A stretch of 64,000 bases of DNA from Syntrophobacterales bacterium (GTDB lineage Bacteria > Desulfobacterota > Desulfobaccia > Desulfobaccales > 0-14-0-80-60-11): NCBI GenBank assembly GCA_023512475.1, contig JAILZL010000005.1:9433-73432 (forward strand), in the 5' to 3' direction. Of the stretch, positions 39,067-48,165 are shown piece after piece. Both the position numbers and the translations under genes were made by a program. Position 1 is the stretch's first letter, and each line of letters opens with the position of its first letter. Under the pieces are notes generated by a model that ran no database searches, was not told the DNA's origin, and was given only the letters and a program-made list of their open reading frames with translations.

Positions 39067-39522
39067 TCAGCCTCGTATTGATTTGCGCTCTTCCCGGAGA
39101 AACCGTTCCACCGCCTTGACATTCCGGGGGAATTCCAGCCCCCGGTCCAACAGGTGGATTTCGTGGCGTCCGATGCCGAAGGTTTCCGTGGCGTAGGCCG
39201 CCGCCTTGAGATGGTCGAAGTCCTTGCAGGAGAAGATGTCCAGGCTGAGATAGGCCCGTTCCGGATAGGTATGGATACTGATATGGCTCTCGGCGATGAG
39301 GACGAAGCCGGACACCCCCCAGTCTTCCGGCACCTGAGCCCGGTACTTGAAGACGTACGGGGGCATGATCTTGGTCATGTGAATCAGGGTGGGACACCGA
39401 TCCAGAAACTCATAGATCACGTCCAGATTGGCCAGCCGCTCCGGATCGCAGTCATACCCGTCCAGGGTGAGGTGCAGTCCGTAGCCGAGAGCAAGGTTTT
39501 GCAAGTTTCCATCCTCCTCCAA
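39067..39522 (-). CDS. speH: S-adenosylmethionine decarboxylase proenzyme (small bacterial/archaeal type)
   Basis: 151 aa. LHLTLDGYDCD and the self-processing motif VLIAESHISIHTYPE. Confidence 0.88.
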   Translation of the reverse strand: MEEDGNLQNLALGYGLHLTLDGYDCDPERLANLDVIYEFLDRCPTLIHMTKIMPPYVFKYRAQVPEDWGVSGFVLIAESHISIHTYPERAYLSLDIFSCKDFDHLKAAAYATETFGIGRHEIHLLDRGLEFPRNVKAVERFLREERKSIRG

Positions 39523-39798
39523 CCAGGCATGCGGTCGTACCGGATGACTTGACTCGCCGGCCGGCCTGCAGCGCCGCTTTGACCCTGCCGCCCACCCCGG
39601 CCGTCAGCCTGGTGGCCCTGGCCGCGGCCCTTAAACGGAAATTACCCTTCCCTCAAGGAAAGGGTAAGGCTAGCCGCCTGCCATTGCCCCGCCAGAAGCG
39701 GTATTTCAAGTCAAACTTATATAACTTGTCGTCCCCCTGGGGTCAACAGTTTTTTTTCACCCTCCGTCCCCCCGGCGGGTTTTTGGAGAGCCGCGCTC

Positions 39799-39826
39799 TT
39801 GACGCCAGCCGGCCACGTGGTAAATT
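39799..39826 (+). promoter_or_regulatory. candidate sigma70-type promoter for the DUF1015 gene
   Basis: TTGACG (39799-39804), a 16-nt spacer, then TAAATT (39821-39826). It sits about 30 nt upstream of the GGAAGGAGG Shine-Dalgarno element and the GTG at 39858. Confidence 0.4.
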
Positions 39827-39857
39827 ACCCAGATATGCATGGGAAGGAGGAGAGCCC

Positions 39858-41222
39858 GTGGCCTACGTCGCCCCGTTCCGGGGCCTCTATTTCAACCCCG
39901 CCAAGGTGCCGCAGCTCACGGAAGTGGTGACGCCTCCTTATGACGTCATCCGGCCGGAGGAGCGGGAGGCCTTCGCCGCCCGCCATCCCTACAACATGGT
40001 GCACCTCATTCTGCCGGAGGCCCGCCCCGGAGACGGCCCCTTCGAGAACCGCTACACCCGGGCCGCCGCCCGCTTCCGCCAGTGGCTGGCGGAGCAGGTC
40101 TTCCTCCGGGATGAGAGGCCCGCCTTGTATTACTGGGAGACGGACTTCCAGGTCCGGGGCCAGAGCCTGACCCGTCGGGGATTTGCCGCGGTGGTGCGTC
40201 TGGAGCCCTTCAGCAAGGGGATCATCCTCCCCCATGAGCAGACCTTTTCCGCCATCAAGGCGGACCGCCTGGAACTGTTCAAGCACTGCCGGGCCCATTT
40301 CTCCCCCATCTTCACCCTCTTCCCCGATGAGAGCCGTCAGATCCTGGAGCGGCTCAAGGCGGCGTCCGGGGAGCCGATCTTTGCTTTCACCGATGTGGAA
40401 GGCCGGGGCCAGCGCCTCTACCGGGTGACGGATCCGGACTGTCTGGCCTGGGTGCACCGCTCCCTGGCCCCCTCCCAGCTCTTCATCGCCGACGGTCACC
40501 ACCGCTACGAAACCGCCCTGGCCTTCCAGAAATGGATGAAGGAGCGCTACCCCGACGCCGGCCCCCGGGCGCCCTTCAACTTCATGCTCATGTATCTGGC
40601 CAATCTCTATGACCCGGAGCTGGTCATCCTCATGGCCCACCGCCTGCTGGGCGGGCCCCGGCTGAAGCGCCTGGATGAGGCCTGGTTTCTGGGTCGGCTG
40701 GAGGACTACTTCGAGGTGACCCCCCTGGAGCGCCCCGGTGGCGATCTCACGGCCTATGCCGCCTTCCTCCAGAGCGAACTGGAGCAGACCCCCGGCGGGC
40801 GCACCGTCTTCATTCTGGTGGGGGCCCACGCCCGGGCCTGGCGCCTGGAGCTGAGGGAGGAGGTCCGGCGCCGCCTCCTTTCCCGGGAGATGCACCCGGC
40901 CTTGGCCCAACTGGATGTTTCCGTCCTCAATTATCTCGTGTTCGATAAATGTCTGGGATTGGACGCCAAGGCCCAGGATGACCCTGAGACCTGTTTCTAT
41001 TCCAGCCAGGTGGAGGAGGTGCTGGCCACCGTGGCCCAGGGTCGGGCCCGTCTGGCCTTCCTTCTCAACCCCACCAGGATCGAGCAGGTGCAGTGGGTGG
41101 CCCGGGAAGGCCTGATTATGCCCCGGAAATCCACCTATTTCTATCCCAAGGTGATGACCGGGCTTATCCTCAATCCCATCCACCCGGAGGAGCGCATCCT
41201 CGTGCCCGGGGTGGATGGCTGA
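39858..41222 (+). CDS. DUF1015 family protein
   Basis: Starts at GTG 39858, after GGAAGGAGG. The N-terminal VAPFRGLYFNPAKV...VTPPYDVI is the characteristic DUF1015 opening. The upstream 103 codons of ORF 39549 are rejected. Confidence 0.8.
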   Translation: MAYVAPFRGLYFNPAKVPQLTEVVTPPYDVIRPEEREAFAARHPYNMVHLILPEARPGDGPFENRYTRAAARFRQWLAEQVFLRDERPALYYWETDFQVRGQSLTRRGFAAVVRLEPFSKGIILPHEQTFSAIKADRLELFKHCRAHFSPIFTLFPDESRQILERLKAASGEPIFAFTDVEGRGQRLYRVTDPDCLAWVHRSLAPSQLFIADGHHRYETALAFQKWMKERYPDAGPRAPFNFMLMYLANLYDPELVILMAHRLLGGPRLKRLDEAWFLGRLEDYFEVTPLERPGGDLTAYAAFLQSELEQTPGGRTVFILVGAHARAWRLELREEVRRRLLSREMHPALAQLDVSVLNYLVFDKCLGLDAKAQDDPETCFYSSQVEEVLATVAQGRARLAFLLNPTRIEQVQWVAREGLIMPRKSTYFYPKVMTGLILNPIHPEERILVPGVDG

Positions 41223-41849
41223 AGTCATCCGGGCTTTGTCCCCGGCCGGAGTCCCCTCCGGGAACCGACCTGCCGCCTGAGGTTGCCTTGCGGTCCCCCG
41301 GGAGGTAAAACGGCCCTGGGCGGAGCCGGGTGGGGGGAAGAGAGATGAGCCTGAGGCCCTGTCCCGCCTCCCACTCTCCCCTCTCCCACCCCGATGCGGG
41401 CGGCAGAGGTCCCGGGAAGGGGCAAGGGTTTACGACCCTTGGCCCCCCGAATGTAGGTGTAAAATCGTGGTCGAATTCCCGGAAAGGGGGTGATGGCGGG
41501 TGTCCGCACCCAGTTTCCCCAGGAAGTCCTGAAGTCCGGTCCTGGTCAGGGCCTTGGCAAGGCCCGTCCTCCGGCGTCGGTGCCGCAGACCGGGAAGGGC
41601 ATCCGGAGCAGGACATTCCTGAAGTATCACACCTCGCTTCTGATTTTCTCTGTCCCGCCTGTCTGCGCTTCCCTGCGTTTTTCCTGACATCGTCGCCGGG
41701 CCTGATGAAGGGTGTGGCTGCTGCCGGCAGCGCCGGAGGGCGCCCGGCCGGCTGATCCCGGCCCGGGGGCTCTGCCTCCGGGGCGGCGGAGGCGCCGGTC
41801 GGTGGCGAACGCCGCCACTCCAGCTCAATCTCAAGGAGGTAAGGGTCGA

Positions 41850-42944
41850 ATGTCGTCGGTGCGGGACTTTTTCGCCTCCCGGCTGGGTATCATCAGCGTG
41901 GGGGTCTTCATCGGTATCTTCGCCGCCCTGTTGCAGTATTGGGGCAATCCCGGCAACATGGGCATCTGCGTGGCCTGCATGGAACGGGACATCGCCGGCG
42001 CGGTGGGCTTCCATCGGGTGGCCGTGGTGCAGTATCTGCGGCCCGAAATCCTGGGTTTTGTCCTGGGGGCCCTGGTGGCGGCCTACGCCTTCGGGGAGTA
42101 TCGGCCCCGGGCCGGCTCCGCGCCCATCGTGCGCTTCCTTCTGGGCATGATCGCCATGATCGGCGGCCTGGTGTTTCTGGGCTGCCCCTGGCGGGCCCTC
42201 CTTCGGCTGGCAGGCGGGGACGGCAACGCTATCTTCGGGCTTCTGGGCCTCACCGCCGGGGTCTGGATCGGCACCCTGTTTTTCAGGGGCGGCTACAATT
42301 TGGGGCGCACCCAGCACACCTATGCCGCCGTGGGCTGGCTTCTGCCCCTGCTGTTTCTCGGCCTGCTCGCGCTGCGGCTGATCTTTCCGCCCCTGCCGGA
42401 CAAGGAGCTGAGCGGTATTCTCTTTTACAGCCTCAAAGGCCCGGGCTCCCAGCGGGCCGCCCTGCCCCTCTCTTTAGGGGTAGGCCTGGCGGTGGGCTTT
42501 TTGGCCCAGCGCACCCGTTTCTGCACCATGGGGGCCATCCGGGACCTCATCCTCTTCCGCCAGGTGCACCTGTTTTTGGGGATTGCGGCCCTGCTGGCGG
42601 CCGCCTTCCTCACCAACCTGGCCCTGGGCCAGTTCAAGCCCGGCTTCACCGGCCAGCCGGTGGCTCATACCATGTCTCTGTGGAATTTCGCCGGCATGGT
42701 GGTGGCCGGTCTGGCCTTCGCCCTGGCGGGGGGCTGCCCCGGGCGTCAGCTCTTCCTGGCGGGGGAGGGCGACGGGGACGCGGCGGTCTTTGTCCTGGGG
42801 ATGATCGTGGGGGCGGCGGTGTCCCATAATTTCGGCCTGGCCAGCTCTCCGGCCGGAATCGGACCGTATGGCATGCATGCGGTTATCATCAGCCTGCTGG
42901 TCCTGGTGTTCATCGGCTACACCATGCGCCAGAAGCTGTCCTGA
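41850..42944 (+). CDS. YeeE/YedE family sulfur/selenium-compound transporter (TsuA-like)
   Basis: Starts at ATG 41850, after AAGGAGG. Polytopic membrane protein with three Cys-containing re-entrant motifs: NMGICVACMERD, RTRFCTMGAIRD and LAGGCPGRQL. Confidence 0.85.
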   Translation: MSSVRDFFASRLGIISVGVFIGIFAALLQYWGNPGNMGICVACMERDIAGAVGFHRVAVVQYLRPEILGFVLGALVAAYAFGEYRPRAGSAPIVRFLLGMIAMIGGLVFLGCPWRALLRLAGGDGNAIFGLLGLTAGVWIGTLFFRGGYNLGRTQHTYAAVGWLLPLLFLGLLALRLIFPPLPDKELSGILFYSLKGPGSQRAALPLSLGVGLAVGFLAQRTRFCTMGAIRDLILFRQVHLFLGIAALLAAAFLTNLALGQFKPGFTGQPVAHTMSLWNFAGMVVAGLAFALAGGCPGRQLFLAGEGDGDAAVFVLGMIVGAAVSHNFGLASSPAGIGPYGMHAVIISLLVLVFIGYTMRQKLS

Positions 42945-42956
42945 GGGAGGTGGAGG

Positions 42957-43175
42957 ATGAGTGAGATGGTGGATGCCCGGGGGCTTTCCTGCCCCCAGCC
43001 GGTGCTGTTGACCATGGAGAAACTCAAGGCGCTGAACCAGGGGGAGGTGGTGGTGCTGGTGGACACCGACACCTCCCGGGAGAACGTGCTCCGGGCCGCG
43101 GCCAGCCTGGGCTGGGAGGCCGCGGCGGTCCAGGCCGAGGGCTCGGAGTACCGCCTGACCCTGAGGAAGGGCTGA
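42957..43175 (+). CDS. TusA/SirA-like sulfur carrier (YeeD/YedF-like)
   Basis: 72 aa. VDARGLSCPQPVLLTMEKL contains the CPxP active-site motif. Confidence 0.8.
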   Translation: MSEMVDARGLSCPQPVLLTMEKLKALNQGEVVVLVDTDTSRENVLRAAASLGWEAAAVQAEGSEYRLTLRKG

Positions 43176-43182
43176 GCCGGAC

Positions 43183-43731
43183 ATGGCCTTCTGGAAATTC
43201 TGGCGCCGGAAGCCCGGCCCGGAGCCGCCCTCGGCCCCGGTGGAGGACGGCCTTCTGGTCTTTGCCCACACCAGCGAGGTGATCCGGGCGGAGGCGGTCC
43301 TCAAGGAGGCGGGCTTCCCGGTCACGGTCATGGGCCCGCCGCCGGAGATCCAGAGCGGCTGCGACCTGGTCATCCGCTTTCCCCTGATCCGGCAGCTGGA
43401 GATCCTCCGGCTCCTGGCGGACAGAGGACTTTCCCCCTTGCAGGCGGTGCCGGTGCGCGGGCCGCTGCTGAAACCGGTGGACCTCTTTCAGGTCACGGAC
43501 TTCGGCCGGTATCTCATGGTGCGGGCCGCCAACATGAAGCTTACGGTGGACAAGGAGACCCGGGAGATCGTCAACGTCTCCGGGGGCGGCTGCCCCGATG
43601 TGCCTTATCTGGCGGCGCAGCTGGTGGGGCGGACCCTGGAGCGGGCCCCCCGGCCCCGGGAGCTGGGCCACACCCTGTGCGGCTACGCCCTGGAGCTGGC
43701 CTTCACGGAGCTGGAGCGCCGGTGCTGTTAG
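43183..43731 (+). CDS. DUF3343 (putative Se/S carrier-like) domain fused to an unrecognised Cys-containing C-terminal domain
   Basis: 182 aa. The N-terminal half (LLVFAHTSEVIRAEAVLKEAGFPVTVMGPPPEIQSGCDLVIRF) fits the DUF3343 pattern. The C-terminal half carries SGGGCPDVPYL, GHTLCGY and a terminal RRCC. Confidence 0.6.
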   Translation: MAFWKFWRRKPGPEPPSAPVEDGLLVFAHTSEVIRAEAVLKEAGFPVTVMGPPPEIQSGCDLVIRFPLIRQLEILRLLADRGLSPLQAVPVRGPLLKPVDLFQVTDFGRYLMVRAANMKLTVDKETREIVNVSGGGCPDVPYLAAQLVGRTLERAPRPRELGHTLCGYALELAFTELERRCC

Positions 43732-44582
43732 TCATCGGCACCCTGCCGGAGCCGGACCTGCCGGTGGTGGCCGGACCGGTGACTTTGAGCCCGGCGGGTC
43801 TGGCGGTGGACGGCTGCCGTTTCCCGGTGACCCGGGGCACCGCGGCTCTGCTGGCGGCGGCCTGCCGCGCCCTGGAGGCCCTGGGCCAGCCGCCGCCTGT
43901 CGCCTTCCTGGCGGGGGACATCGGCCTGGGGGAGGGAAGCCATCGCCTGTACGAGTATGCCGCCGCCCATCTGGGGGAGCGTCCCGTGGGCGCGGTGGTG
44001 GGCCACTATATCCTGCCCCTGGTGGACGGGCACAGCCGGGTCTTCATGGCCCTGGAGGAGCTTTCCCCCCGGCCGAAGCTCATCGCCGACGCCGGGTTCA
44101 TGTATGTGGCCAAGATGAGCGGCTATGCCCCGGCCTATGACCTTTTCACCCCCGATGCCGGGGAGCTGGCCTTCCTGGCGGACGAGCAGGCCCCCCACCC
44201 CTTCTACACCCGGGGCTTCATCCTCAAGGAGGAGGAGCGGGTGCCGGAGCTCATCGGCCGGGCCTACGCCCACGACAATGCCCCCCGCTGCCTGCTGGTG
44301 AAGGGCCGCACGGATTATGTGGCCTGCCGGGAGGGCATCCTGGCCACGGTCTCGGAGCCCGAGGTGCCGGCCCTGGAGGCCATGGGGGGCACCGGCGACA
44401 CCCTCACCGGGCTGGCCGCGGCCCTCATCAGCGCCGGGAGGGAGGTCTGCGAGGCCGCCACCCTGGCCTGCCGCCTCAACCGCCACGCCGGCGCCCTGGC
44501 CCGCCCCACCCCGGCCAGCCCGGTGACGGAGCTCATCGCCCGGATTCCCGCGGCCTTGGAGGAACTCCTCGCCCGGGGATGA
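43722..44582 (+). CDS. carbohydrate-kinase-fold protein related to ADP/ATP-dependent NAD(P)H-hydrate dehydratase (YjeF C-terminal domain-like)
   Basis: LEAMGGTGDTLTGLAAALISAG is the family's C-terminal signature. Start chosen at GTG 43722 (VLLVIGTLPEP), which overlaps the preceding gene by 10 nt. The start is uncertain. Confidence 0.7.
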   Translation: MLLVIGTLPEPDLPVVAGPVTLSPAGLAVDGCRFPVTRGTAALLAAACRALEALGQPPPVAFLAGDIGLGEGSHRLYEYAAAHLGERPVGAVVGHYILPLVDGHSRVFMALEELSPRPKLIADAGFMYVAKMSGYAPAYDLFTPDAGELAFLADEQAPHPFYTRGFILKEEERVPELIGRAYAHDNAPRCLLVKGRTDYVACREGILATVSEPEVPALEAMGGTGDTLTGLAAALISAGREVCEAATLACRLNRHAGALARPTPASPVTELIARIPAALEELLARG

Positions 44583-44758
44583 GATGAGTCGGGGAAAAAG
44601 TGCGGGTGGGGGCCGGGGGCGGCGGTTCCCCTGCCCCCTTCCACCCCTGATCCGGAGGCGAATGGGGCGGCCTGGGAGCGCCCGACTCCGGCCTTGCCCG
44701 CCATTCTCAGGGGGTGCAAAACGGCCAGGCAGCCCCGGACTTCAAAGAAGGGAGACCC

Positions 44759-45031
44759 ATGGACTCTGAGCCCCTGACCCCGGACCTCACCCTGCTGGAG
44801 GTCCTGAGCCGCTGGCGTCAGACCGAGGCGGTGTTCCGGCGCTTTGACGCCCAGGCCGGGGTCTGCCTTTTATGTCAGGCCCTCTTCGACACCCTGGCTG
44901 AGGCGGCCCGGAAATATCATCTGGATCTGGAGCGGCTGCTGGCGGAGCTGCAGGCGGTGGTGTCGGCCAAAAAAGAAGGGGGAACGGAGGGGTTCCCCGC
45001 TCCCCCGGAGGGGCAATCATCGGGGGGGTGA
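44759..45031 (+). CDS. DUF1858 / hybrid-cluster-protein-associated redox disulfide-like small protein
   Basis: Starts at ATG 44759, after AAGGGAG. The pattern TLLEVLSRWRQTEAVFRRFDAQAGVCLLCQALFDTLAEAARKYHLDLERLLAEL fits that family. Confidence 0.6.
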   Translation: MDSEPLTPDLTLLEVLSRWRQTEAVFRRFDAQAGVCLLCQALFDTLAEAARKYHLDLERLLAELQAVVSAKKEGGTEGFPAPPEGQSSGG

Positions 45032-45063
45032 GGCCCCCCCACGGCCCCCGATATACCCATGCC

Positions 45064-45519
45064 TCAGCCCTTCTTGATTTCGATGGCCTTGGGCTTCACC
45101 TCTTCCTTTTTGGGGCAGGTGATGGTCAGGACGCCGTCCTTGTAAGTGGCCTCGATTTTGTCCGGGTCCACCGGCGCCGGCAGGCGGATGCCCCGGGAGA
45201 AGGAACCGTAGCTGCGTTCCACCAGGTGGTAGCTCTCGCCTTTCTCCTCCCGTTCCGCCTTCTTTTCGCCCTTGATGGTGAGGAGGTCGCCGACCAGAGA
45301 GATGTCGATGTCCTTGACCTCGATGCCGGGAACTTCGGCCTTGATGGTCACCTTATCGGCGGTCTCGGAGACATCCACGGCCGGGGCCCACTGCTCAAAG
45401 GGCTCCAGCGCCCGGCGGGACGGCCCGAAGAAATCCTCCCACAGACGGTCCATCTCCCGGCGCAGCCGGGCCACTTCCCGGAAAGGACGCCATTCCATGA
45501 TATCGGCCATAACGTTCAC
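45064..45519 (-). CDS. Hsp20 / alpha-crystallin small heat-shock protein
   Basis: 151 aa. Contains APAVDVSETADKVTIKAEVPGI, ERSYGSFSRGIRLP and KDGVLTITCPK. Confidence 0.92.
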   Translation of the reverse strand: MNVMADIMEWRPFREVARLRREMDRLWEDFFGPSRRALEPFEQWAPAVDVSETADKVTIKAEVPGIEVKDIDISLVGDLLTIKGEKKAEREEKGESYHLVERSYGSFSRGIRLPAPVDPDKIEATYKDGVLTITCPKKEEVKPKAIEIKKG

Positions 45520-45689
45520 CTCCTCGGCGCGATGGAATTTTCACAAATCTGTTAATTCCGCCGGGGCCCCCTGTCAAGACCGCGGTAAAGTTTTCCTTGC
45601 GTCCCCGGGTGGGTGGTGGTAGAACAAAGGGCACCCGAAGGTGCCCCATGAGTCGCCAGAGGACAAGTTTGTGGAGCCCCCGCCTTCCT

Positions 45690-45709
45690 GCCTCCAGGGA
45701 GGCTTTTTT
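45690..45709 (+). terminator. intrinsic-terminator-like hairpin plus T6 inside the pyrB leader (candidate attenuator)
   Basis: GCCTCCAGGGAGGC (45690-45703) is followed directly by TTTTTT (45704-45709). It ends 28 nt before the pyrB ATG. Confidence 0.5.
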
Positions 45710-45736
45710 GTGCCGGGAGCCCGTGATGAGGCGCCT

Positions 45737-46657
45737 ATGCGACTGAAGCGCAAGGATCTGTTGGGCCTCGCGGACCTGACCCCCGAGGAGATCACCCTCA
45801 TCCTGGACACCGCCGCCTCCCTGAAGGAGATCTCCACGCGTCCCATCAAGAAGGTGCCCACCTTGAGGGGGAAGACGGTGGTGACGCTCTTCTATGAGCC
45901 CTCCACCCGCACCCGCATGTCCTTTGAGATCGCCACCAAGCGGCTGTCCGCCGACACGGTGAACCTGACGGTGGCGGCCTCCAGTGCCGTGAAGGGGGAG
46001 ACCCTGGCGGACACCGCCGCCAACCTGGAGGCCATGAATCCGGACCTGCTCGTCATCCGCCACCAGGCCTCCGGGGCCCCCCATTTCCTGGCCCGGCGCC
46101 TGGCCTGCGGGGTGATCAACGCCGGGGATGGCACCCACGAACACCCCACCCAGGCGCTGCTGGACCTGCTCACCGTGCGGGAGGCCAAGGGCACCCTCTC
46201 CGGCCTCAAGGTGGCCATCGTCGGGGATATCCTCCATTCCCGGGTGGCCCGCTCCAATGTGCACGGCTTCCTCAAGATGGGCTCCGAGGTCTGGCTGGCG
46301 GGGCCGGCCACCATGCTGCCGCCGGGTCTGGCGGCCCTGGGAGCCCGGCTGACCACCTCCCTGAGGGAGGCCCTCACCGGGGCCGACGTGGTGATGATGC
46401 TCCGCCTGCAACTGGAGCGCATGGGCCAGCATTTCTTCTCCACTCTGAGGGAGTACAGCCGCACCTACGGCCTGAACCCCGACACCCTGGCCTGGGCCAA
46501 AGAGGATGCCATCGTCATGCACCCGGGGCCGCTGAACCGGGGGGTGGAGATCGACCCGGCGGTGGCCGACGGACCCCGCTCCGTCATCCTGGAGCAGGTG
46601 GCTAACGGCGTGGCGGTGCGTATGGCGGTGCTGCTCCTGCTCAGCGGCGGGGAATAA
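45737..46657 (+). CDS. pyrB: aspartate carbamoyltransferase catalytic subunit
   Basis: Starts at ATG 45737 ([19 protein letters not shown]). Contains [27 protein letters not shown] and [11 protein letters not shown]. Confidence 0.93.
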   Translation: MRLKRKDLLGLADLTPEEITLILDTAASLKEISTRPIKKVPTLRGKTVVTLFYEPSTRTRMSFEIATKRLSADTVNLTVAASSAVKGETLADTAANLEAMNPDLLVIRHQASGAPHFLARRLACGVINAGDGTHEHPTQALLDLLTVREAKGTLSGLKVAIVGDILHSRVARSNVHGFLKMGSEVWLAGPATMLPPGLAALGARLTTSLREALTGADVVMMLRLQLERMGQHFFSTLREYSRTYGLNPDTLAWAKEDAIVMHPGPLNRGVEIDPAVADGPRSVILEQVANGVAVRMAVLLLLSGGE

Positions 46658-46746
46658 GGGGGCCGAGGAGGCTGCGCCGGCAGAAGGCGGTCGAAAGGGT
46701 GGGCGGTCCCGCCTGGGGACCATATTTCATGGAAGAGGCTTGGCTT

Positions 46747-48057
46747 ATGAGTCTGCTCATCGCCGGCGGGGTGGTGGTGGATCCGGCCCAGGAACTGGAG
46801 GAGCCCCGGGACCTGCTCCTGGAGGACGGCCGGGTGGCGGCCCTGGAGCTCCCCGGGGTCATTCCCCGGGAGGGCCGCCGGGTCATTGACGCCACCGGCC
46901 TCTTTGTCTGTCCCGGGCTCATCGACATGCATGTGCATTTGCGGGAACCCGGCGAGGAATACAAGGAGACCGTCGCCACCGGCACCCGGGCTGCGGCCCG
47001 GGGCGGCTTCACCGCGGTGGCCTGCATGCCCAACACCCGGCCGGTGAACGACCAGGCCGCGGTGACCCGCTTCATCCTGGAGCAGGCGGCCCGGCACGGC
47101 AGCGCCCGGGTCTGGCCGGTGGGGGCCCTCACCCAAGGTTCCCGGGGGGAGGCCCTGTGCGAGTATGGCGAGCTCAAGGCTGCGGGCTGCGTGGCCCTCT
47201 CCGATGACGGCCGGCCGGTGATGAACTCCCTGGTGATGCGCCGGGCCCTGGAATATGCCCGCACCTTTGACCTGCCGGTCATCTCCCACGCCGAGGACCT
47301 GGAGCTCAGAGCCGACGGGGTGATGCACGAGGGCGAGGTGGCCCACCGCCTGGGCCTGAAGGGCATCCCCGGGGCGGCCGAGGAGGTGATGGTCTACCGG
47401 GATATCCGCCTGGCCTGGCTGGCCGGGGCCCGCCTGCACCTGGCCCACCTGAGCACCGCCGGCAGCGTGGCCATCGTCCGGGAGGCCAAGATGGCGGGGC
47501 TGGCCGTCACCTGCGAGACCGCCCCCCACTACTTCACCCTCACCGACGAGGCGGTGGCAGGCCAGGGACCGGACGCCCTGGTGCGCCCGGTGTTTGACAC
47601 CCACGCCAAGGTGAACCCCCCTTTGCGCAGCCGCTTTGACCGGGAGGCGGTCATCGCCGGGCTGGCCGACGGCACCATCGACGTCATCGCCTCCGACCAC
47701 GCCCCCCACAGCGTCCTGGAGAAGGAGGTGGAGTTTGCCGAGGCGGCCTTCGGCCTCATCGGCCTGGAGACCTCTGTGGGCCTGAGCCTGCGGCTGGTGC
47801 ACGAGGGGGTGCTCCCCCTGAGCCGGCTCATTGCCCTGATGTCCACCAACCCGGCCCGCATTCTGGGCCTCCCCGGGGGCACTTTGAAGGTGGGGGCGCC
47901 CGGGGATGTGACGGTCATTGACCTCTTTCGGCCCTGGACGGTGGATGTGAACCTCTTCGCCTCCAAGAGCCGCAACTGCCCCTTCCACGGCTGGGTTCTC
48001 AAGGGCAAGGCGGTGCTCACCCTCCGGGGCGGGGAGGTGGTGTGGCAGGAGGAATAA
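46747..48057 (+). CDS. pyrC: dihydroorotase
   Basis: Starts at ATG 46747 (MSLLIAGGVVVDP). Contains GLIDMHVHLREPG, LSDDG and ASDHAPH. Confidence 0.92.
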   Translation: MSLLIAGGVVVDPAQELEEPRDLLLEDGRVAALELPGVIPREGRRVIDATGLFVCPGLIDMHVHLREPGEEYKETVATGTRAAARGGFTAVACMPNTRPVNDQAAVTRFILEQAARHGSARVWPVGALTQGSRGEALCEYGELKAAGCVALSDDGRPVMNSLVMRRALEYARTFDLPVISHAEDLELRADGVMHEGEVAHRLGLKGIPGAAEEVMVYRDIRLAWLAGARLHLAHLSTAGSVAIVREAKMAGLAVTCETAPHYFTLTDEAVAGQGPDALVRPVFDTHAKVNPPLRSRFDREAVIAGLADGTIDVIASDHAPHSVLEKEVEFAEAAFGLIGLETSVGLSLRLVHEGVLPLSRLIALMSTNPARILGLPGGTLKVGAPGDVTVIDLFRPWTVDVNLFASKSRNCPFHGWVLKGKAVLTLRGGEVVWQEE

Positions 48058-48165
48058 GCGCACCCATCCCCCACAAGGGGGCGGCCAGGGGAGAGGGGAG
48101 ACGGGGCGTCCGCCGTCGCCCCGGTCTGTGGCAATCTCAGACCAGCATCACTCATAGGTGAACCT

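Noticed and set aside
39549-39857. Upstream 103 codons of ORF 39549..41222 (DUF1015).
   Set aside because: The listed start codon at 39549 has no Shine-Dalgarno element and the extension is protein-unlike. The segment also contains a promoter-like TTGACG-16-TAAATT and a strong SD just before GTG 39858, where the DUF1015 signature begins.
45641-45736. In-frame N-terminal extension of pyrB from GTG 45641.
   Set aside because: PyrB homologs begin close to the KHLLxxxDL-type motif (here [14 protein letters not shown]). The extension would be translated through a terminator hairpin and a T6 run, so I interpret it as leader sequence.
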